DNA of 64,000 nucleotides from Giardia intestinalis (Eukaryota): NCBI GenBank assembly GCA_000002435.2, contig CM018792.1; one strand, 5' to 3'. Shown piece by piece: positions 7,777 to 16,400 of this stretch (position 1 is its first letter; each line of letters starts with the position of its first letter). The notes under the pieces were generated by a model. It saw only the letters and a program-made list of their open reading frames with translations, ran no database searches and was not told where the DNA came from. The position numbers and the translations under genes were made by a program.

Positions 7777-10074
7777 TCACGCCTTCCCCCTGCAGATGAA
7801 CCACCAGCAGAGGAACCCTATGAGACCCCCCACGACGACGACCACAGCGACGGAGATCCCCGCGATGGCCCCCGTGGAGAGCCCGCCCCTGTTGGCGCCA
7901 GAGGACACACACATGCCATCCCTCGGGACATAGCCCTCCTCGCACTCCCCGCAGACGCCCTCTGCGCTGCACCGCATGCACCTCTCTATGTCACAGACAA
8001 TGCACTGGGTGCCGTCCAGGCTGGGTCTCTGGTCTTTATTGGTACATGCCTCACACTTGTTGTCTGCGCTGCAGTGAGAGCAGCCCTGGGCCGGACACAC
8101 ATAGCAGGTGCTTCCAGCCATGTTGGGCTTCTTATTGTCCTCAGCACACACCTCGCACATCCCGTCGATGGCGCAGCTCTTGCACCCGCCGACCGCACAC
8201 AGGGTGCACCCGCTGCCATCCTTGTTGGGCTTCTTCGTCTTGTCGCACGCACTACAGACCGCCGCGGCCATCGCATTGGCGGCTGGCGCCTGCGGGGCCG
8301 CGCACGCCGTGCAGTCTAGCACGCCGACGTACGCCTTGTCGCCCGCGGTCGCTCCCACAGGGTTGCCACAGGCAAGCACGGACTGCTGAGCAGCAGAGTC
8401 CCCGGGAATCTTGAAGTAGCGCCCGACCGGTGTGGTGCAGAACCCACTTGGAGCCGCAGAGCACATGAGGTTGCCAGGAGCCTTCGACACATCATAGCAA
8501 CCACCCATATAGAGGAAGTAGTTGTTGGTGCACCGCGTACATACGCCATCGGCGCAGGTATTACCTGCAAGTGCATTGGTGCACTTCCCATTAATAGGGC
8601 CATAGCCGGCGCCAACACACTTTGAACAGTAAGAGAGCATGCTGCCGTCGTTGCCGACCACGATGGCGTCGCAGGCCCCTGCTGTCCCTCCACATGCAGT
8701 CTCATCTTCACAGGTCTTTGTACATGTGAGGTCGCTAGGTTCTCCGCTGGGTCTGTAGTTGGGCTTACATTCAGTGCATTTGAGGGACCCCACGCCGCCT
8801 GTGCACTCGACACAGCCTGGAATCCCACTTGTCTCGTCATCACAGAGAACGCATGTCTTAGGCGGGCCATCCTTAAGGAAGTACCCCGGCATGCATCTTG
8901 TACATGTGTTGATTTGACCCGCTGTTCCGCACTCTGCGCAGTTTCCTGTGCAGGCCTCGCAGGCGTTTCCGTTGACTTTATACCCGTCGACACAAGCCTC
9001 GCAGGTGCCTTTTGCGGTGCACAGCTTGCAGTTCTGGACTCCGCCCTTACCATTGTCGCCGCACTGCACGCACTTCGAGGCGTCGTAGAAGTGCGTCTTG
9101 CCCACTTTGCACTCGGCCTCATCAACACAGGTCGTTGTCCCATCCAGCTCGTCTCTGACCGTCTTACTACCGCAGTCGGTGCACTTCGGCTTTCCCGTGG
9201 CGTCGTCGTATGCACACGCGGTGCATCCTTGTATCTCACTGCAGGCCTTACAGGTCCAGGTCTTCTTGTCCGCATAGTTACCATTGTCACATCCACCAGC
9301 ATCTACACAAGTGTTACCACCCTTCAAGTACTTCCCCTCAACGCAGGCGGTACACTGAGTCGGAGTATCAGCTGAGCAAGCAGAGCAGCCGTCTCCGCAC
9401 TTCACACATGCACTGCCCTTCGTAACGAACCCTGCTTGACACTCTGTACACGTGGCCGGTCCGCTAGTGCCCGTGTGGGAGCATTCTGAGCATCCAGCGA
9501 CTCCCATGACCCCGTTTCTATCTATAGTATCGGAGCACAAGATGCACTCGCTACCCTTCTCTGATGGTGTAACTGGGTTCTTGAACAGGCCGTTAGCTGT
9601 CTTACACTCAGTGCACAGTCCTCCCTCAGCCTTTGTGCATATCTCGCTGCCGGGCCCGTCGGTTGTCTTGTAGCACCCGCCCATGAAGAGGAAGTACCCG
9701 TCGCCGCACTTTCCGCAGGTGGTTGCCGTCTTGTCGAGGGCAGTCCCGTCTGCTTGGGTGCACCCGGCTGCCGCGGCCTGGGGGGAGCCGGGGGGCCAGC
9801 AGAAGCCGTCGACTGGGACGCCCCCGGTCTTGCACTCGGTGCAGATCTCTGTGCTACCGACCGTCTCGCACTTATCGGTCTGGCAGGTCGCTGTATGGTT
9901 CCCGTCTTGCTGGCAGGTCACTGCAAGCGCGCTCACCACGAACAGGGGTATCAGTAGAAAGGCTGTGGTGTGGACCGGATTGCGTGCAGCGGGTGGGGGT
10001 GCCCCGGCGGCCTCCTCTCTGAGACTCCCACTCCGAGGGTTGCCCCAGGGGGGAGCCCGCTGGCCTGGTCGCAC
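7777..10074 (-). CDS. vsp: VSP-like unit 5: most complete unit (signal-peptide-like segment present) but no in-frame ATG upstream of it
   Basis: The 765-aa ORF has the CRGKA tail, GGCY motifs and many CXXC motifs. Its N-terminus contains a hydrophobic signal-like stretch (TAFLLIPLFVVSALAVTC). However, the track's start is a GTG at 10072-10074, and there is no ATG anywhere in the 200 nt upstream on this strand. The first in-frame ATG is at FLFMGGCY, which lies inside the mature region. Confidence 0.75.
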   Translation of the reverse strand: MRPGQRAPPWGNPRSGSLREEAAGAPPPAARNPVHTTAFLLIPLFVVSALAVTCQQDGNHTATCQTDKCETVGSTEICTECKTGGVPVDGFCWPPGSPQAAAAGCTQADGTALDKTATTCGKCGDGYFLFMGGCYKTTDGPGSEICTKAEGGLCTECKTANGLFKNPVTPSEKGSECILCSDTIDRNGVMGVAGCSECSHTGTSGPATCTECQAGFVTKGSACVKCGDGCSACSADTPTQCTACVEGKYLKGGNTCVDAGGCDNGNYADKKTWTCKACSEIQGCTACAYDDATGKPKCTDCGSKTVRDELDGTTTCVDEAECKVGKTHFYDASKCVQCGDNGKGGVQNCKLCTAKGTCEACVDGYKVNGNACEACTGNCAECGTAGQINTCTRCMPGYFLKDGPPKTCVLCDDETSGIPGCVECTGGVGSLKCTECKPNYRPSGEPSDLTCTKTCEDETACGGTAGACDAIVVGNDGSMLSYCSKCVGAGYGPINGKCTNALAGNTCADGVCTRCTNNYFLYMGGCYDVSKAPGNLMCSAAPSGFCTTPVGRYFKIPGDSAAQQSVLACGNPVGATAGDKAYVGVLDCTACAAPQAPAANAMAAAVCSACDKTKKPNKDGSGCTLCAVGGCKSCAIDGMCEVCAEDNKKPNMAGSTCYVCPAQGCSHCSADNKCEACTNKDQRPSLDGTQCIVCDIERCMRCSAEGVCGECEEGYVPRDGMCVSSGANRGGLSTGAIAGISVAVVVVVGGLIGFLCWWFICRGKA

Positions 10075-10164
10075 ACGAGGCGCCCTGTCGTGTGCCCGGA
10101 GGGACGGCGCTGCACGGGCGACGGGTGAGAGGTGGGATCGGCTCGTCGAGACAGAGTAATGGCT

Positions 10165-11493
10165 CTACTCGATAGCCCTTAGACCTCCTGCTTCACTGGC
10201 AACCATTCCTGAGTATGTAGCGAAGACCCGTGCGAATAGCCCGCCTTCCTCCGCCACTGGATTGTTGCTGAGATACAGGCCTATAGAGGGGAAGGTTGCA
10301 ATCTGATCCCCGAGAGTAAATGCATCAAAGATTGACCCCAGAAACAAAACAAGGAAGTCGACGAAGAGCTGGCCTGCGCCGGTAGTGTGCCACCGCCTCG
10401 CAGCAGAGCTGTCAGACACAAGGCTCTGGCCCGGCTCTGGGTAGGGAGGAGCCCATGCTGCAGGGCCGCTGAAGTTTTGACGAATACGCTCTACATATGC
10501 CTCGATGGGGGACGCAGCGGACCGACCGAACAGCCGCCCGATTAAACGAGGCCGCCCCCTTGCCCGGGCCAGCTTCAATCGCGCAGAAAAGTAGGGCCCC
10601 GTCTCTTCGATCCCGCTCAGCAAAAGGCCTGCCTCTCCGCTCTCACTCATCAGCCCAGTCGGGAAGGACACAGAAAAGGCGTGCTCGCACGCAGAAACGA
10701 AAGACCTGGCGGCGTGGAGCAGCGCAGTCAAGGGTCCGCTGTCGCCCAGGTGCATACAGCGCCTAACCTGTTCCGACACCGAAAGGACGAGTGAAGACAG
10801 GGACTCGCAGACAACGGCTGCTTCGCGGCAGAGAGCCGTGTAGAAGAGCTGGTCGCTCCAGTGCGCCGAAATGGAGGCAGCATCCTCCACACGGAGGCCG
10901 GACAGGAGGCTAGCCAGCTGGTCGGAGGCCTCTGGCTTCGTAAGATGCGCTTGAGCGCGCGTCTCGTGGCAGGCGCGGAGGCGCGAAGCAAGGATCCTGT
11001 CCAGCGCCCCTCGGATTCCTGCTGAAAAGTGCTCACAGATGGACGACGCCATGCACTGCCGCTGCCTCTCTAGAGAGACGCCACGGCCAGCCGGAGACGG
11101 GGATATGCTTAGGGCGGAGTGTGCGCGAAGAAGGCACCGGAGGCAGGCCGGGTCGCTGATCTGTGCCATGCAGGCACTCGAACACTCAATGGCGTCCAGC
11201 AAGCGGTCTGTTTCCTGCAGCCTTGCGAGCCGCGCTAGAAGCTGGTGGAGCCTTGCGCAGTGCGTCTCCGGGCCCACTCGGCTTCTCCCCGACATCGCGT
11301 CAGCCTGGCCCAGAAGAAGGCCCAGCCTAGAACGCAGGTCGCAGGCCCTGCGCCCCTCTCGGAGACGACTCGCCCCACCGGGGTCATGCCCACCTGTTGA
11401 CGCTGGAACAGGCGGCCGCACAAGCATCTGCAGCGCGGAGGACACAGGCGGAAAGGAGGGAGCCTCCGCCGGCGACGACGCCCTGGGCGCCAT
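10165..11493 (-). CDS. Hypothetical protein (GC-rich, Ala/Arg/Ser/Leu-rich)
   Basis: This is a 442-aa ORF with a true ATG at 11491-11493 preceded by aaatcttaagttt. It lies in a GC-rich island where long chance ORFs occur in several frames, so confidence is modest. Confidence 0.35.
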   Translation of the reverse strand: MAPRASSPAEAPSFPPVSSALQMLVRPPVPASTGGHDPGGASRLREGRRACDLRSRLGLLLGQADAMSGRSRVGPETHCARLHQLLARLARLQETDRLLDAIECSSACMAQISDPACLRCLLRAHSALSISPSPAGRGVSLERQRQCMASSICEHFSAGIRGALDRILASRLRACHETRAQAHLTKPEASDQLASLLSGLRVEDAASISAHWSDQLFYTALCREAAVVCESLSSLVLSVSEQVRRCMHLGDSGPLTALLHAARSFVSACEHAFSVSFPTGLMSESGEAGLLLSGIEETGPYFSARLKLARARGRPRLIGRLFGRSAASPIEAYVERIRQNFSGPAAWAPPYPEPGQSLVSDSSAARRWHTTGAGQLFVDFLVLFLGSIFDAFTLGDQIATFPSIGLYLSNNPVAEEGGLFARVFATYSGMVASEAGGLRAIE

Positions 11494-12097
11494 AAACTTA
11501 AGATTTGGTCCACGGCCGGTGCATTACGCATGTAAACACCTTCCACGTCGAGTGCAGGATAGCCAGACCGGTGAGGGCCTTCGTTGCTATAGCGTGGCAA
11601 GTAGATGCGCATGCGGACCGGTGGACTAGGAGGTGAGGGCTCCTCGGAGACCGCGGTGAGTGGGCGATGGCTCGGGCTCTCTGCCGAGGAGGGCAACCAC
11701 GGCGAGGCTGCCGGCCCTTGCCGTCCGTCATGCTCTCGCCAGAGGGGTGCCTCCCGACTTGCTCCGCCTCCGGGGCTGGCAGCTGAATGAATGGGGTCCG
11801 GAAAGAAGCATGCGCGTGCCCGCTAGGTGATCTAGTGGTGCAGTCCAGGGCCAGTGGCTCCTCGTCGTCGGAGGCGCTAAGATGCTGCCCAGCGTGCCCG
11901 GTAGGCCAGTGCATTGTGCGACAGCCAAACGGGCTCTGTAGCCTGCCACTGCGTGGACGGGCCTGGGAGACACGACGCTACGCTGAAGCTCCAGTCCACC
12001 ACGGAAGGAGACGAAATCTCAAAATGCAATCGTATGCAATTTGGCAAGAATAATTCCCGGACAGGCGGACAACCGGAGAGGCTGCCGAGGAGGGCTC

Positions 12098-13375
12098 ATG
12101 CTTGCGTCTTCGTTGCGCTCCCTGATGGCGAACTACCACGCCACCGGCGGCGTCGTGCAGGACGCGGAGCTGCTGGCGCTGAGTGACGGCCTGCTCGAGG
12201 ATGCACGACGCAGCCCTGCCTCGTGTGCCTTCGCAGCGAGCCTTGCAACGCGCACAGCAGGGGAGGGGCCCGAGAGGCTGGAGCGGATCGTCCTGCTGTC
12301 AGACCTACAGCTCGGGGTGGAGCAGTCGTACGTCCTCTGGATCCTGGACCTCCAGCCGGAGAGCAGCGAATGCGTCCTCAACTGGCCTACAACGAGACTG
12401 CTGCTGTGCCTTGTGTGCGCGCATTTACTCGACGCCACCACATTCGGAGCGGCCCTTGCGGAGCTCTGTGTCATCGGGGGCGTAGACACTGTGCGGGACG
12501 TCTTGACTGCTCCCCTGGGCACCGGCGCAGCCCCGTTTCTGAGCGTTTATGCGTGTGGTACAGCGCTGCTGTGCATGCTGCTGGGCTTTGGCAAGGGCTG
12601 CGGAGACCCTTTCAGCGCTTGCCTTCCCCTACTGGAGATTCTGCGGGCTGACGCATGCGCGTTCACAGCCCATCGAGCCGCTTCGTCGGCCAATCCGCGG
12701 CTGCCTCCCACTGACCCGGCAGCCTTCCCCAGGCTTCTTACAGCCAGCGACACTTTCCAGGTGCTTCTCACATGCAGGCGGGCGCGCAAGTTGGCCGGCG
12801 CCGACTCTCTGATGTGCAGGCTTTCTGATGTGCAGGCCGTAACTGACAGGATTAACGGTGTGGCTACAATGGAGCTACGTGGCGCAACGGCATTGGTGGG
12901 GCTTTTTTCTACATGTATCGCTCCAGATAGCCTGGCTGCTCTGGTTGCAAACAGGGGCTCGCACTTTTGCCGCCTGGCAGCGGGCCTTGGTCCGCCCAAT
13001 CAGATAGAGGAGCAATGGTTTGGCAGCGTGTTTGAGGTGTTACTCTTCTTGCACTTTTTGTGTGCACAGGTGACCAGGTGGTTCCTGCCAGAGTTGCAGG
13101 GCGCTGTGAACGTGTTTGAACGAAGCAGAAGACTGATAGCAACATCGCAGTCTGACCCAAACTACGCAACAGTAGGGAGATGCGAGAGACAAGGAAATGG
13201 TGCGTCAATCATGTTCAGGTGGAGAGCAGACGAGTCATCTAGCTCACTACTCATCTGGAGCTCGATACAGCTTCGGACTGGTCTAAGTACCGGTGGGAGG
13301 CTGTTGTCACCCGAAGGTGTAAATAGACTTACGAAACTAAAAGAGATCCTTGCTGAGGCAGAGCAAGCATTTTAG
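12098..13375 (+). CDS. Hypothetical protein (GC-rich)
   Basis: The track ORF 12041-13375 starts at a TTG. The first in-frame ATG is at 12098 (…MLASSLRSLMANYHATGG…), giving a product of about 425 aa. The ORF is open for 1.3 kb. Confidence 0.35.
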   Translation: MLASSLRSLMANYHATGGVVQDAELLALSDGLLEDARRSPASCAFAASLATRTAGEGPERLERIVLLSDLQLGVEQSYVLWILDLQPESSECVLNWPTTRLLLCLVCAHLLDATTFGAALAELCVIGGVDTVRDVLTAPLGTGAAPFLSVYACGTALLCMLLGFGKGCGDPFSACLPLLEILRADACAFTAHRAASSANPRLPPTDPAAFPRLLTASDTFQVLLTCRRARKLAGADSLMCRLSDVQAVTDRINGVATMELRGATALVGLFSTCIAPDSLAALVANRGSHFCRLAAGLGPPNQIEEQWFGSVFEVLLFLHFLCAQVTRWFLPELQGAVNVFERSRRLIATSQSDPNYATVGRCERQGNGASIMFRWRADESSSSLLIWSSIQLRTGLSTGGRLLSPEGVNRLTKLKEILAEAEQAF

Positions 13376-13394
13376 ACTACATCCCCAGTCTGAC

Positions 13395-13435
13395 ATTCCA
13401 AGGATGCGATTTTTATCTCAAAACTTGGTTTTAAG
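13395..13435 (+). promoter_or_regulatory. AT-rich putative core promoter/initiator region upstream of 13436
   Basis: Giardia promoters are short AT-rich elements within about 50 bp of the ATG. The sequence here is gatgcgatttttatctcaaaacttggttttaag ATG. Confidence 0.35.
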
Positions 13436-16400
13436 ATGACTTCTTTTCCTATCCGGATTGGACCCAGCGACTTTCTCTTCTACGGAAAAGAGTCGTCTAC
13501 CCTAAGAATTCATGCTGTTCATAGTGAGCCACTCATGGTAATACTTCAGACCATACTACGGCAAGCCAATTTAAGTTATGCCTTGGAGAAGAACGACTCT
13601 GTTGTCCCCGTAAAGGTCGAGCCCTCTGCACTAGTCATGAATCCTGATGACAGGAAAGCGATTGCTATTAGCTTTTCTCCTGCGCATATCAGTTCTTTTG
13701 CAATTGGAAAGATCCTTGTTAAGGTTGCTAAGCTTCATACAGAAGAGGTGATTGGCACGTATCAAGTGCCAATCCTTTGCCTAGCAGCGTGTGTAGACCT
13801 AAACTATGAACTCTTTCAGTCGACTAGTGATGGAACACACGGACTAACAGTCATAAACACAGGAAACTCCCATGGTTTTGTTTGTACCCGTAACTTCCAT
13901 GGCTCAGATATTGGGATCATATCCCCTGGGGAGCGCATCTTTTTGCCTACACTATCAGACGCATCATCATTGTTTATGGCACCAGTGCTTGTTCACGCAC
14001 TTGCATCTCTACTTACAGATGACGCGCTTTTTCGCACTGGTATGCATACAGATGTCATTGCTAGCCTTAAAGCAGAATTTCCAGAGTCAATTAAGGCCAG
14101 CATGGGCACAGCTCTGGATGACATAACGAAAATGGCATACTCTCTTTATAGCGCATACACTTCCTATCCATTTAAAAGCGACTTACTACGTTTTCTTATC
14201 AACCATTGCGTTTGGTACAGCTACAACAACGGAAAGCTAGATGAAAAGCCCATCTGGATCAATACCAGGATGCTACCTAATCATTGTACCACTGAGCTAT
14301 CTGGATCCTCGATTGGAGAAAGCGTTGAACCGCAGCTATTGTCTTCTTCAGACCTGTCTGTTACTTTACAGCCACTCGCCAACTCGACCCGCCCCATAGG
14401 AGGTATAAATGACCGAATGCTTAGCTCTTCAGACTCTGTATCTATTCGCACACATTTTGCTGACCACGCCCCCGGTAGACCACCTGTGATTCCACCAGCG
14501 TCGACCTCCACCCTTGAGCCTCGAAGACTAGTGATTGAAAGCGGCTATAACCTAGTTAGTAACAGTGATGAATCACCGGATACTCGCGTACACCAAGCGG
14601 CACCGAAGGCAGTCACTTCTTATCAGCCTAGTAGTCTGTGCAAATCTAACCTACCCCCTTCCTCGACTACTTCTGAACTATCAGCAACTCGAGTTGTTGC
14701 TGCTCCTTCTGCACATGCAGATATTTTATATTCACCCAAGAAGCCACCCTCAATCACATCCCCACAGTCACATACTGAGTGTAAAGCCAGTTGTCTGGGG
14801 CAGACTCCAGCCTTGGAAACTTCACCTAACGATCTACACAGTGTTACTGCACAATCTGTTTCTCGAATAAAGTCGCCGTCCAGTTCTGCCATCAATACTT
14901 CAATATATGGCGTGACCCAGCCACATACCTCGTCTACCCCCAGCTCTGCCACCCCAGTCGATGAGATTGAAAAGTCCATTATTAACTCAACCGGTGTCCC
15001 ACCGTCAGTCGCGCACTCTGCCCACCCATTGGAGTCCAATAACCAGAATACTTCCCAGCATCCATTTGAGCACGCATCTACAAATGTCTCATCTGCCCCC
15101 CAACGATCAGTTACCTTTACAGATGATTATTCTAGACGCAGTTATTGTGATCAGGATTCAGTCCATGATGCGTCCTCAGTTCACCGCTTTTCGACCCCAA
15201 CTCCATCACGATCAACACACTCATATATGCAATCGCCAGAAGATGCGTTGATTGGCAACACTGCAATTATGTACCAAGACTCACCTGCTAGAGCATCTTT
15301 ACCAAGTTTTGGTTCGAGGGTCAGATCGCATGAGTTTCCTTACTCACCCATTCCTGAGCATGTGTCCAATCCCTCTTCGCAGCATCTACTTCCATCTGGT
15401 TATGATTTACAGTATAAAAGTCCAGATAATAACGCAACAGCCCTAGAAAAAGAACTCATTGACCAGTACAATTCTACCCTAAGTGAGTATAGGAGCCTCA
15501 CACAAGCAATCAAAGATAATTCTCGCAGCGTAAGCAAATTAGCATCTGATTTAAAGGAAGAAAAAAGTAGCACACCTTATACACTCGAGCAAGACTTCAC
15601 TGACGAGTATTTACCGGACGTGCGTCCATTGTGCATTCACTTTGCTGAGGATAGCATTATTTACAACAATCCGGCAATGAAGTGGGCTGTTAACGGCGTG
15701 CCAATATATGAGCGTCCAAAGTACAATGCAACCATGTTCTGGAGAGTTCTAAATGATTCGTTTCTGCTGGGTGGTTCTCCGTTCTTTCCCCCTTACCTAG
15801 AATCTCATCGTGGGGTGAACACCACAGGGGGAATTTGCTACCTTACAGGCTCCGTTACTGTGGAAAATAACGCCAATCAGAGTGGATTTATGAACTCTCT
15901 TTTGCAGTCAGAGACTCTTCGTAACACTAACGTTTTAGATGCAGCAGAGGATCTACACTATCTTTATTACTCTCTTTCTTTTGTTACATTCGATCCCAGC
16001 ATATTGAGGATGCGCCTTAGCATTAAGGCTGATAGGCCGCTAACAGGGCGCTTGTCCCCTGGGGAGCAACATACAATAGAGATAACAATTGCAATTGCTT
16101 ATTCCGACGTTAGCGGAACAGATCTACCAGAAATACCCATGTTCTTACAGTCTTTCAACAGAGGCTCAGATAGAATGAGTGTAACAGATTCTGGGGCATC
16201 TCTTTTCTTGCGTGTCTTTGGTGCTCGGTTTGACCGACAGTTCTTTCAAGATGAACTAGAGAGCCTTGATACACTCCAAAATACGATTAGGACACCATCC
16301 CGCTTCAGTATCCGTGAGTGCATAGATTTGCCTGTACGCTTTCTCGATGGCATTGTCTGTGATCGAAATGTAGCTGTTAATCCTGTTAATCTGCAGGAGC

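Larger units (their letters stand above)
1..10074 (-). repeat. Head-to-tail tandem array of VSP-like gene units (period ~1.83-1.92 kb; at least 5 full units plus 1 partial)
   Basis: Unit stop codons fall at 240, 2115, 4029, 5946 and 7777. Long blocks of identical DNA are shared between units, for example 2115-3900 vs 4029-5815. A conserved junction ends every unit: ...CRGKA-TGA, then cttaggtAGTGAATG. Confidence 0.9.

Noticed and set aside
13-7933. Numerous plus-strand ORFs of 60-214 aa overlapping the VSP units (e.g. 13-657, 2032-2571, 3946-4485, 5863-6390, 7693-8319)
   Set aside because: They are antisense to the strongly supported VSP coding frames. They are repeated only because the underlying DNA is repeated. 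Their proteins are low-complexity His/Pro/Leu/Ser strings typical of reverse-strand translation of Cys-codon-rich sequence.
1-10074. Regular ~1.9-kb repeats as a CRISPR-like array or satellite
   Set aside because: The units are full-length protein-coding gene copies (VSP family) in a eukaryote, not short repeat-spacer structures.
11039-12053. Overlapping ORFs 11039-11629+, 11235-11696-, 11498-11914-, 11605-11790+, 11728-11973-, 11787-12053+ in the GC-rich island
   Set aside because: They are mutually overlapping in several frames, a sign of stop-codon paucity in GC-rich DNA rather than of real genes.
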